From assembly GCF_006345805.1 (NCBI RefSeq), contig NW_021825244.1, positions 1 to 16,011 of the forward strand: a stretch of 16,011 nucleotides of DNA, written 5' to 3'. The DNA is from Octopus sinensis (lineage: Eukaryota). The notes under the pieces are model-generated. The model saw nothing but the letters and a program-made list of their open reading frames with translations, searched no databases and was not told the origin of the DNA. Each line of letters begins with the position of its first letter. The stretch's first letter is position 1. Of this stretch, positions 1 through 9,515 are shown in pieces. The position numbers and the translations under genes are program-made.

Positions 1-301
1 TCTTGCAATTCAGTTCTTGTTATCTTCTCCCACCCCCAGGGATCTTATATAGCAACCTCATTACATGTTTTTTGGGGTTTTTTTCCCCTCGAAAATGGTT
101 CCAAATTCTTCAGTGGGGAAGGAAGCATCAGCAGCCACCTTCACTTCCAAAAGGTCCATATTTCTTCCTCGAATTGGATGCGATGTAGTGAGGTCAATCA
201 TTTTGACTCTTGACTCTTTCTGACCATCTTTGACACTAACCATCGAAGACCAACTGCCAAACCAATTTGTTTCCTTACATTCTGCAGACCACCTGATTCT
301 G

Positions 302-320
302 CTGTTGTTGTTGTTATTAA

Positions 321-365
<45 letters not shown>

Positions 366-393
366 TATCATCATCATCATCATCATCATCATC
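302..393. repeat. Compound trinucleotide microsatellite (TTG)n(ATT)n(ATC)n
   Basis: Directly visible; it produces the poly-N/D/L/I ORFs in the track. Confidence 0.97.
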
Positions 394-396
394 CTT

Positions 397-620
397 AAGG
401 CGGCAAGCTGGCAGAAATGTTAGCACACTGGGCGAAATGCTTAGCAGTATTTCATCTGTATTTCATCTGAGTTCAAATTCTGCCGAGGTCAGCTTTGTCT
501 TTTATCCTTTTGGGGTCGATAAATTGAGTACCAGTTGTGGTCAATCTAATCGACTGGCCCCCTCCCCCAAAATTTCGGCCCCTGTGCCTATAATATAAAG
601 GTTGTTATTATTCTTATTAT
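397..620 (+). mobile_element. tRNA-derived SINE, family A, near full length
   Basis: Starts AAGGCGGCAAGCTGGCAGAA with A-box-like TGGCAGAAATG and B-box GTTCAAATTC at 471-480. Body CTTTTATCCTTTTGGGGTCGATAAATTGAGTACCAG aligns by eye with 707-902 and 6839-7075. (TTA)-like tail at 601-620. Confidence 0.9.
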
Positions 621-706
621 AGAAACAAAACTCAGGTTTGTCTTATTCCTGGTAGGATTTTTGAGGGTAGTGGTTTACTACCAGTAACCTTAGGTCCTTC
701 GATATT

Positions 707-902
707 CATGCGCTGGACAAAATGCTTAGCAGTATTTCACCTATTGCTACGTTCTGAGTTCAAATTCCACCAAGGTCGACTTAACCTTTCATCCTTTCGG
801 GGTTCAATAAGAGAAGTGCCAGTTGAACACCGGGATTGATGCAATAGACTCAACCTCTCCCGCCAAAATTACTGCACTTGTAGCAAAATTTGAAACCATT
901 AT
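707..902 (+). mobile_element. SINE family A, 5'-eroded copy
   Basis: AAATGCTTAGCAGTATTTC...GAGTTCAAATTCC...GGTCGAC...CCTTTCATCCTTTCGGGG matches the copies at 397 and 6839; the A-box region is missing. Confidence 0.85.
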
Positions 903-950
903 CCTCCTCCTCTTCCTCTTCTTCTCTTCTTCTTTCTTATCCTCCTATTT
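903..950. repeat. Pyrimidine-rich (CCT/CTT)n low-complexity tract
   Basis: Directly visible. Confidence 0.85.
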
Positions 951-1137
951 CTACTCTGATTCTCTGAACAGATCTCCCTGTTTAAAGGCATTCCACTTGT
1001 GACCACCCTGTCTTATTTAGACTCAGTCCGTCTTACACAGCCACTTCTCAACCATAATTCCCCTATCGACCCCTGTTGGCCCCTCTTTTACTCTACTGGA
1101 CCCTCGTAGCTGTTCAATGTTTTAAAAAAAAAATCCT

Positions 1138-1330
1138 AGCACCCGCTACACTCTTGGAGTGGTTGGTGTTAGGAAGGGCATCCAGCTGTAGAAACTCTGC
1201 CAGATCAGACTGGAGTCTGGTGCAGCCATCTGGTTTGCCAGACCTCAGTCAAATCGTCCAACCCATGCTAGCGTGGAAGGCAGACGTTAAATGATGATGA
1301 GGATAATGATGATGATGATGAGGATGATGA
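1138..1330 (+). mobile_element. Family B non-autonomous retroelement, RTE-type 3' end with (GAT)n tail
   Basis: GGTTGGTGTTAGGAAGGGCATCCAGCTGTAGAAAC core, then CCATGCTAGCGTGGAAGGCAGACGTTAAA and (TGA)n. The reverse complement matches 14559-14735. Confidence 0.88.
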
Positions 1331-1463
1331 AACATTATCAAGAATTGATGTCTTGGAGAAATATAATCAATTTATTACATCAGTTTCAACAACAAAATGT
1401 TATATGGATCCCAGCTGAAGAAAACTGATCTAAAATTACATTAGCTTGTAAGTCATTGATTTG

Positions 1464-1548
1464 TTTTAAACAGTAAGGGTGTAATTTGAGGGAGACTTGG
1501 TTGCTATGTTCAGCAATAGGTCGGTCAGCCACATACAGTTTCCTACTC
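1464..1548. repeat. Fragment of an unclassified interspersed repeat (family I)
   Basis: TTTAAACAGTAAGGGTGTAATTTGAGGGAGACTTGGTTGCTAT is similar to 8875-8917. A possible 5' part at about 963-1014 resembles 8757-8810. Confidence 0.6.
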
Positions 1549-1577
1549 TCATTGCCTCAGCGAATAATTCTATCCCC

Positions 1578-1578
<1 letters not shown>

Positions 1579-1643
<65 letters not shown>

Positions 1644-1658
1644 ATCTATCTATATCTA

Positions 1659-1693
<35 letters not shown>

Positions 1694-1814
1694 TTATCTA
1701 TCTATCTCTATCTATCTATCTATCTATCTCTATCTCTATCTATTATCTATCTATCTATCTATCTCTATTATCTATCTATCTATCTATCTCTATCTATCTA
1801 TCTATCTATTACTC

Positions 1815-1869
<55 letters not shown>

Positions 1870-1886
1870 CTGTCTATCTATCTCTC

Positions 1887-1921
<35 letters not shown>

Positions 1922-1991
1922 ATCTATGATCTATCTATCTATCTATCTCTATCTATCTCTATCTATCTATCTCTATCTCTCTCTCTCTCTC
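1579..1991. repeat. Long (CT)n/(CTAT)n compound microsatellite
   Basis: Directly visible, about 410 bp; source of the SIYL/LSLS ORFs. Confidence 0.98.
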
Positions 1992-2106
1992 CATTGGCAT
2001 TGTCATTCTGTAACACTGCATTGGCTCCTTGTCTCAGACCAACTATTACAATTTTCTTACAGTCAACATGTGATACTTGTAATTCTTCACATCCTACCAT
2101 ACAAAC

Positions 2107-2109
2107 TCT

Positions 2110-2170
<61 letters not shown>
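2107..2170. repeat. (CT)n microsatellite
   Basis: Directly visible. Confidence 0.97.
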
Positions 2171-2347
2171 GCATCTTCCAACCATTTGTCGTCTTTCAAA
2201 CTTTCCCCTCACATAAATAATATTTATCACCAATTATTTTTATTTTCTGGCTTCTTGCTTCCATTTCCTCTCCTAAAATCTTTTTCTTCTATCTTTCTCC
2301 TTTTCACCATTACTCTTTCCTTTTGTATGTTGCCATCAACATGGCTG

Positions 2348-2441
2348 ACGTCATCACTGTCGTCATCGTCATCACCATCATCATCTTCACCTCCTCCTCC
2401 TCCTCCTTCTTCATCTCCTTCTCCCTCGTCTTCCCCTTCTT
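2348..2441. repeat. Degenerate (TCA/TCG/TCC)n trinucleotide tract
   Basis: Directly visible. Confidence 0.85.
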
Positions 2442-2692
2442 CAGTTTTATTGTCTGTAGGTTTTGCTCATAATTAGATCTAGAGTTTTTAACTTTGTATT
2501 CCCACCAGCCTAAAATGCAATGTTCTTTAAATTACTTCCTGTGTATTGTTCAATTTTCAGATTTTAAAGTAAAAAAAAAAAGAATTCTTTAAATTCTGTC
2601 TGATTCTTTAAAGTACGTTGGTAAGCCATCCAATGCTGTAACTGTCCTAAAAACCAAATTAATTGGGAACATTCAGGTTATTCCTTTAGGGT

Positions 2693-3123
2693 TGTAAAGG
2701 AACTGGTTGTGTCTTTACACTGTTTGGGTGCAACACAGTTTCCTTTCTTTTGTTTCCAGAAACTACCAGTCAGGAACAAGAACGCAACCTTAAAAATATA
2801 TATTACTCTTTATTTTCTTATTTACCAAAGGTAACCACTTGGTTTGATATAGCAAGGCTGAAGTTTAACGCTTGTAAGATAAACCTCACAACAAATTCAG
2901 CAGCAACAGAGCAGGTCAAATTCCAAGCGTCTGGGACAGGAGAATAGGCTAAACAGTTTAACACTTTCTCTTCAATAGCCATGTCTCAAGTCAACGACGC
3001 TAACAAGGAACGCGATAGAATTTTCTTCCCCAGTCTCTAGCGCATGTGCATGAGGGAACTTCCTTAGGCCTTTCCAGAAGGTGCCAGCCCCACACACACA
3101 CACTGGAAAATGACGCCACTACA
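2693..3123 (-). mobile_element. Solo LTR, probably Gypsy-type (431 bp)
   Basis: TG...CA termini with short imperfect inverted repeats (TGTAAAGG at 2693, CCACTACA at 3116-3123). Identical flanks GGGT at 2689-2692 and 3124-3127. AATAAA on the minus strand at 2809-2814, about 115 bp from the minus-strand 3' end. No adjacent PBS or PPT. Confidence 0.75.
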
Positions 3124-3167
3124 GGGTGATAACTTACTGTATGTACCCATGTACAAGTTTCACTCCT

Positions 3168-3529
3168 AAGAAGGTGCGTGGCGGAGTGGTTACAACATCA
3201 GGCTTACAATCATGAGCTAGTGAGTTCGATTCCCAGAACAGCCTCTGTATTGTTTTCTTGAGCAAGACTCTTTATTTTTCATGTTGCTCCAGTTCACTCA
3301 GCTGTAGAAATGAGCTGTGATGTCACTGGTGCCAAGCTGTATCAGTCCCTTTTCTTTTCCCTTGGATAACATCAGTGGCATGAAGTGGGGGAGGCTGGTA
3401 TACAGGGGTGACTGCTGGTCTTCCATAAACAACCTTGCCTGGACTTGTGCCTTGGAGGCGAACCTTTAAGGTGCAATCTCATGGTCATTTATGACCGAAA
3501 GGGGTCTTTACCCTTTACCCTTACCCTTT
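3168..3529 (+). mobile_element. tRNA-derived CORE-like SINE, family D
   Basis: A-box TGGCGGAGTGG and B-box GTTCGATTCC (3224-3233); CORE-like CTTGAGCAAGAC...CACTCAGCTGTAGAAATGAG; (CCCTTTA)-like tail. Near-perfect 13-bp TSD AAGTYTCACTCCT at 3155-3167 and 3530-3542. An inverted sister copy lies at 11342-11675. Confidence 0.9.
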
Positions 3530-3919
3530 AAGTCTCACTCCTGTAACTTAAGTTCCACTCATGAAAAAGTTTCACTCATACATAAGTTCCACTCATGTAT
3601 AAGTTTCTCTCATGTGTAAGTTTTACTCATGTATAAGTTTCACTCATGTATAAATTTCACTCTTGTGTAAGTTCCACTCATGAAAAAGTTCCACTCATTT
3701 ATAAGTTTCTCTCATGTATAAGTTTCTCTCATGTATAAGTTTTACTCATATATAAGTAAGTTTCACTCATGAAAAGTTCCACTCATGCATAAGATCCACT
3801 TGTGTATAAATTTCTCCCATGTGTAAGTTTTACACATGTATAAGTTCCACTCATGTATAAGTTTCTACCATGTATAAATTTCACTCTTGCGTAAGTTCCA
3901 CTCATATATAAATCTCACC
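3530..3919. repeat. 17-bp minisatellite, consensus CATGTATAAGTTYCACT, about 22 units (one further unit at 3148-3164)
   Basis: Head-to-tail units counted by eye; no spacers. Confidence 0.95.
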
Positions 3920-4275
3920 TTTACTATTTGAGTTAAATCATGATGGAAATTTTTTTTTCCTTTCATTGTTCTAAGATTTTGTCCCTCATATAAGTGATGC
4001 AACGCTGGATTAACCAATAGAACATTAAAGGAAGTGGTGCAGGGACACCACAGAAATGGTAAATGGTCTACAGCACAAAAGAAATCACTTTAAATTTGTT
4101 CAAATGCTATTCAAAGTGGTTTATATGATCAGAAATATAATTTCAAAGTGTTCATGGTTTGATAATGAGGATCTGATCAAAGATTTTGCAATTTAAAAAA
4201 GCAGGAGAAAACTTTTCAAATATAATTAAGGTGGAAGAATACAAAAATAAAGATTATTTGCCATCTTACTATTAG

Positions 4276-4483
4276 TTTTATTCTTTTATTTGTTTCAGTC
4301 ATTTTGACTGCGGCCATGCTGGAGCACTGCCTTTAGTCGAACAAATCGACCCCAGGACTTATTCTTTTGTAAGGCTAGTACTTATCCTATCGGTCTCTTT
4401 TGCTGAACCACAAAGTCATAGGGAAGTAAACTCACCAATATTGGCTGTCAAAGAGATGGTGGGGTGGGGACAAACACAAACAT

Positions 4484-4531
<48 letters not shown>

Positions 4532-4684
4532 GGCTTCTTTCAGTTTCCATCTACCAAATCCACTCACATGGCTTTGGTCAGCCCAAGACTATAGGACAAA
4601 CACATTTGCCCAAGGTTTTACGCAGTGGGACTGAACCTGGAACCATGTTGGTAAGCAAGCTACTTACCACACAGCCACTGTGCT
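4276..4684 (-). mobile_element. tRNA-derived SINE family C with internal (TA)n(TG)n microsatellite
   Basis: Reverse complement aligns end to end with 7721-8149: head GTGGCTGTGTGGTAAG / GGTTCAGTCCC and tail CAGCATGGCCGCAGTC...GACTGAAAC. Confidence 0.92.
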
Positions 4685-4918
4685 AAAAAATAAGAAATCA
4701 TTGGGACTTCACTCAGAATGCTGGTGGATTGACAGACACCAGTGTTTCAACCTGTTTTAGTCACCTCAGTGCTGAATACCCTGGACTTTCTGAGCTAAGC
4801 TACTAATACTTGTCCCAATAGAGAAATCAGTCAATAAAACATTTATTGATTCTCATGAAATCTGGCCAGACTAGAATTAAAACCCATACCCCTCTCTGAA
4901 AGACGAATATTCACTAAA

Positions 4919-5555
4919 GTAAAATACTACAGTTAGCATTTTAGTAGATAAAATACTACAGTTGGTGGTGATAGTGTTGGTGTCAGTGGTGGTGGTGGTG
5001 GTGGTGGTGGTGGTTGGTGATAGTGCTGGTGTTGGTGGTGGTGGTGGTGATACTGTTGGTGGTGGTTTTGGTGTCAGTGGTGGTGGTGTTGGTGGTTTTG
5101 GTGTCAATGGTGGTGTTGGTATCAGGTAAAATACTACAGTTAGCATTTTAGTAAATAAAATACTATAGTTGGTGGTGGTGGGGGGTGATAGTGTTGGTGT
5201 AATGGCTGTGGTGGTGGCAACAGTGGTGGTGGTGGTGGTGGTATCGGTGGTGGTGGCAACAGTGGTGGTGGTGGTGGTGGTATCGGTGGTGGTGGCAACA
5301 GTGGTGGTGGTGGTGGTGGTATCGGTGGTGGTGGCAACAGTGGTGGTGGTGGTGGTGGTATCGGTGGTGGTGGCGGTGACGGTGGTGGTGATGTCAGTGA
5401 TGATGGTAATGGTGGTGATGGTGTAGCTGTCGGTTGTGCTGGTGGTGTTGGTGCCAGCAGTGGTGGTGGCGACACTTGTGGCAGTGGTGGTGGCGACACT
5501 TGTGGCAGTGGTGGTGGCGACACTTGTGGCAGTGGTGGTGGTGTTGGTGGTGATG
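4919..5555. repeat. (GGT)n-derived compound tandem repeat: 207-bp-offset duplication, then 39-bp x4 and 24-bp x3 units
   Basis: Anchor GTAAAATACTACAGTTAGCATTTTAGTARATAAAATACTAYAGTTGGTGGTG at 4919 and 5126. 39-bp unit containing GGCAACAG...GTATCG x4 at about 5210-5370; GCAGTGGTGGTGGCGACACTTGTG x3 at about 5457-5540. Confidence 0.92.
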
Positions 5556-6195
5556 AATTTACCTTGGTTACTCTTCTATAGGAAGTTACCTTTAATCTGT
5601 CGCATAGGACACACATTGTCAATTAATATTTAATTATCCTTGAAAATAACCCATAAGCATCCACCCTGCATTAAATATTAAATGCACAAATATACTGACA
5701 CAACTAACATATCATCCCTTGTACTTCCATATTTGTTCTCCTTCATACCACTTAGATTTTTTTCTTTTTTTTTTTTTGCCGCAACACATCTGATATGAAA
5801 TCTGTTCCTAAATACACTAACAGCCATCTCAAAACATTAAATATTAACATAAATACATTTACAAGGCAATCACTACTTAACCACCTCCACCTGTTACACT
5901 TCGTTAAGTATCTCCTATATCTTTTGTCCTGGATAACGATATCTTTAACGAATTAAACATTATGTCTATTACTAAACAATGCACACATTGTTTATTTTTA
6001 TATTATTAAACATTTCATTCCACCTTTCTGATTAATTAACGATATACTATCAGGGCAAATTACTGTTCTAGATTGGTTGCTGGCTGGCTGGTTGGATGGA
6101 TGGATACACCAGCTGTCTGGCTATTGACAGATGGGCTGTTGAAGTGTGGAATATATTCCCTACATCAGATTGTAAGTAGTTAGAACCAATTACAA

Positions 6196-6250
6196 ATGGC
6201 GGTGCCCCAGCATGGCCACAGCTCGTGAGCTGAAACTAGAATCAATCAAT
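6196..6250 (+). mobile_element. 55-bp 5'-truncated retroposon 3' end with (ATCA)n tail and 9-bp TSD
   Basis: GGCGGTGCCCCAGCATGGCCACAGCTCGTGAGCTGAAAC resembles the family C 3' end; CAATTACAA is duplicated at 6187-6195 and 6251-6259. Confidence 0.85.
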
Positions 6251-6589
6251 CAATTACAAGACAAACTTGAGTCACTAAGCAACATCTTCAGTTACAATAA
6301 ACACAACACCCTTGTCGTCTTCATCTCACATCCATATTTTTTTTTTTTTTGCTTTCTATGTCAGCATGGGTTAGATGGGTAGTCATGGTCCAGGTTATCA
6401 TACACAGACAGAAACAGAGAAAACTGGCTAATTCTGATATGGGCTGGATGTGTTTTACCATTCCACCAACACCAGAGAGGTTGTTTCATATGAAGAATTC
6501 TAAAGACTATCCCTTTTAATCTAAACTGGTTCTTATACAAAGTTACTATCACCTTAGACATACAGCCTATCTACACTTCCACTTACAGA

Positions 6590-6700
6590 GTCTGTGTCTT
6601 ATTCATACATCCCAATTTTTAACATGTTTTCTTCGGCTGGATGTCCTTATCATCAGCCTCTTTACAGAATGTACTGAGAATATTTTTATCATACCACCAG
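6590..6700 (-). mobile_element. Old degenerate family B fragment
   Basis: GGCTGGATGTCCTT...CTTTACAGAATGTACTG...TTTTTA resembles the reverse complement of the B core; heavily diverged. Confidence 0.4.
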
Positions 6701-6758
6701 TTCTAGAGAAATTGTCTAATATGAAGAAGACCATTAAGTTCTCTCTATCCTCCTCCTT

Positions 6759-7298
6759 ATCATCATCATCATCATCATCATTTAACGTCTGCCTTCTGTG
6801 CTGGCATGGATAGAACGGTTTGACAGAAGCCGGCCAGATAGTGAAAGCGGCAAGCTGGCAGAATTGTTTGTACGCCGGGCGAAATGCTCAGCAGTATTTC
6901 ATCTGCCTCTATGTTCTGAGTTCGAATTTCACCAAGGTCGACTTTGCCTTTCATCCTTTCAGGGTCGATTAAATAAGTACCAGTTACGCACTGGAGTCGA
7001 TATAATCGACTTAATCCATTTGTCTGTCCTTGTTTGTCTCCTCTGTGTGTAGCCCTTTGTGGGCAGCAAAGAATAAGAAGCCGGCCAGACAGAAGCCTGT
7101 CCTTAACTTCTGTGTCTGTTTTGGTAGGGTTTTTACAGTTGGATGTCCTTCCTAAGACCAACCACCCAGCAGAGTGGACTGATTGCTTTTTATATGGCAC
7201 AAGCACAGGTGAGGTCAGTTTCGGCATGGTTTTTTACAACCCAATGCCCTTCCAAACGCCAACCACTTTACCGTGTAGACTGGATGCTTTTGATGGCA
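6759..7298 (-). mobile_element. Family B element with dimeric ~100-bp core, interrupted by a family A SINE
   Basis: (CAT)n then TTTAACGTCTGCCTTC at 6759-6800; resumes at 7090 with two GGATGCCCTTCC-like cores; colinear in reverse with 10221-10496. Confidence 0.88.
6839..7075 (+). mobile_element. Full-length SINE family A nested in a family B element
   Basis: GCGGCAAGCTGGCAGAA head and B-box GTTCGAATTTC; perfect 14-bp TSD AGAAGCCGGCCAGA at 6825-6838 and 7076-7089. Confidence 0.95.
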
Positions 7299-7477
7299 TC
7301 GCCATATATATGTATATATGATCTGAGCCTGAATATGCTAGGTTTCTGTAAGAAGCCTGTGAAACTTTAAGTCACATGGAGCTGAGCCGAATCAAGCTGT
7401 TTTAAATAATAATAGTGTTTGTGTTTGCATGTGTGTGTGTTTGTTGTTACATTAAGGTAGTTAGTGGATGGTAGGCA

Positions 7478-7559
7478 TATATATAGATCACACACACATA
7501 TATATATATGCATTTGTGTGGTGTATACAGTATGTATAAGCTCACTCATGCAAGCACAC

Positions 7560-7649
<90 letters not shown>

Positions 7650-7654
7650 CATAT
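7478..7654. repeat. (TA)n/(CA)n compound microsatellite
   Basis: Directly visible. Confidence 0.93.
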
Positions 7655-7710
7655 ACCCATGCTAGCATGGAAAGCGGACGTTAAACGATGATGATGATGA
7701 TGATGATGAT
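7655..7710 (+). mobile_element. Family B / RTE-type 3' terminus only (56 bp), embedded in (TA)n
   Basis: ACCCATGCTAGCATGGAAAGCGGACGTTAAAC followed by (GAT)n; same tail as 1261-1330 and 14559-14615. Confidence 0.88.
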
Positions 7711-7720
7711 ATATATATAT

Positions 7721-7880
7721 AGGCGCAGGAGTGGCTGTGTGGTAAGTACCTTGCTTACCAACCACATGGTTCTGTGTTCATTCCCACTGTGTGGCAAGTG
7801 TCTTCTACTAGAGCCTCAGGCCGACCAAAGCCTTGTGAGTGGATTTGGTAGACAGAAACTGAAAGAAGCCCGTCGTATTC

Positions 7881-7940
<60 letters not shown>

Positions 7941-8149
7941 TTGTGTGTGTGTTTGACCCCCGCCAACATCACTTGACAACCGATGGTAGTGTGTTTACAT
8001 CCCCATAACTTAGCGATTTGGCAAAAGAGACCGATAGAATAAGTACTAGGCTTACAAAGAATAAGTCCTGGGTCGATTTGCTCGACTAGAGGTGGTGCTC
8101 CAGCATGGCCACAGTCAAATGACTGAAACAAGTAAAAGAGTAAAAGAGT
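7721..8149 (+). mobile_element. Full-length SINE family C
   Basis: A-box-like TGGCTGTGTGG and B-box-like GTTCATTCCC; internal (TA)n(TG)n at 7881-7951; 3' CAGTCAAATGACTG hairpin and (GTAAAAGA) tail. Confidence 0.93.
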
Positions 8150-8276
8150 ATATACATACATACATACATATATATATATATATACACACATACATGCATA
8201 CATATACATATATACATATATGAGTGTATGTATCTGTATATATATGTGTATATATGTATGTATGTATATATATGTG

Positions 8277-8321
<45 letters not shown>

Positions 8322-8337
8322 GAATGTATGTATATAC
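8150..8337. repeat. (TA)/(TACA)/(TATG) compound microsatellite
   Basis: Directly visible. Confidence 0.95.
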
Positions 8338-8739
8338 AGCTAGATAGGTAAGCATGGTGCGAGTGACTGTACATTTGTATATATGAGTTCTTTCGCAGTC
8401 CTTTTTTCCTCTCCAATACAATATAAATTTACTTTGAAGCCATTAACTTTGACAAATCACAAACCTTTTGATATATTCTTTGTATTTTACAAACGTTGCT
8501 TACCATTGATTTTTAGATCTATTCTTCATTCTCTGATTTAAATTCCCTTGAACCATTGGGGAGGGGGGAGGGGGTAACAATATATGCCGGTACCAAACCA
8601 CATATCTTGTCACTTTCTCAGTGACCATATTATCGATTATACTTCACCATGTATGCTCTTACCATTCTCTAAAATCGAAGGAACTCTATTAGTCTTCTTC
8701 CTACTTTAGCGACACCATTCTAAACTCTTGCTGTTGACA

Positions 8740-8938
8740 TTTAATCCCAGATCAGCCCTGAACAGATGGACTGATGATAAAATGGGTTCTGGCCATGGCA
8801 ACCCTGTCTTTGTCTTTGTCTTTTTTTTTTGTTTTTGTTTTTTCAAGTTGCTTTAGCTAATCTGCTCTTCTTATTTTAAAACAGTAAGATGTGATTTAAG
8901 GGAAATTTGGTTGCTATTTCTTGCAGATCTTGCAACCA
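8740..8938. repeat. Unclassified interspersed repeat (family I) with internal T-rich tract
   Basis: 3' part matches 1464-1510; 5' part CCCTGAACAGAT...ACCCTGTCTT resembles 963-1014. Confidence 0.55.
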
Positions 8939-9267
8939 TTCTGAACCCACACTCACTCCCAACAATTATTTTCCTGGTCTTTTATTGTCTCAAATTGCAG
9001 CCTTTTAATGACCAGCATAATCTTATGTCTGTTTTACTATGCTGGTATGAGTCAGAGGAGTCTTACAGCCCCCTCGCCCCCCCTTCCATTACAGTCCTTT
9101 TTTTATCTAGCACACAGAGCAATAGAGAAAAACCAACCATCTTTGTTTGTGATATGTTTTTTCTTTCCCCCTGCTGGGTGCCTTCACTGTCACCAACCAC
9201 ATAACACCATGGTCTGAAAGCATTTGGTTCTTTGTCAGCTTCAAGAGACCTTGTTGCAGCAAAGTGG

Positions 9268-9515
9268 AGGCATGTGGCTAAGTGGTTAGGGTGTTGCACT
9301 CATGATCATAAGATTGTGGTTTCAATTCCTGGACAGGGCAATGCATTGTGTTCTTGAGCAAGACACTTCATTTCACATATCTCCAGTCCACTCAGCTGGC
9401 AAAAATGAGGAACCCTGCAACAGACCGGCATCCCATGCAGGTAGGGGATACATATGCCATGGAAACCGGGAAACCATTCCTTGTGAGTCAGTATGACTCG
9501 AGAAGGTAAATTTAC
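9268..9515 (+). mobile_element. tRNA-derived CORE-like SINE, family F (D-like head, different 3' half)
   Basis: A-box TGGCTAAGTGG and B-box-like TTTCAATTCC; CTTGAGCAAGACACT...CCAGTCCACTCAGCTG shared with D; terminal hairpin GAGTCA-GTA-TGACTC at 9485-9499. Confidence 0.85.

Noticed and set aside
61-598. ORFs with poly-N/D/L/I/S runs
   Set aside because: They are read-throughs of the (ATT)n(ATC)n microsatellite and SINE A.
1486-2476. Long ORFs (147-239 aa) that look hydrophobic or membrane-like
   Set aside because: They are translations of (CT)n/(CTAT)n and (TCN)n repeats that lack stops by composition.
2750-2947. 65-aa ORF and apparent AG/GT splice sites at 2759 and 2831
   Set aside because: They lie inside the solo LTR; no recognisable protein.
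3171-3240. tRNA-like sequences here and at 7721, 9268, 11600-11675, 11688 and 12884
   Set aside because: A/B boxes are present, but there is no clean cloverleaf and each continues into a SINE body; they are SINE heads, not tRNA genes.
3507-3530. Telomere-like (CCCTTTA) repeats
   Set aside because: Only about three units, not the TTAGGG repeat, and located at the SINE D tail.
3530-3919. CRISPR-like or zinc-finger-like periodicity
   Set aside because: Contiguous 17-bp units with no spacers; the period is not a multiple of 3 and stops are frequent.
4000-4130. CAACGCTGGATTAACC, reminiscent of a hAT-type MITE terminus
   Set aside because: No matching right-hand inverted repeat or 8-bp TSD was found.
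6128-6275. WAVEVWNIFP...QDKLE, faintly like a CR1/L2 ORF2 C-terminus
   Set aside because: Too short and degenerate to support without a profile search.
8771-8790. CTGATGA hammerhead core word
   Set aside because: No stem II followed by GAAA downstream.
9001-9044. Possible 44-nt exon (TTGCAG acceptor, GTATGA donor)
   Set aside because: Such sites are common by chance in AT-rich DNA; there is no partner exon or recognisable peptide.
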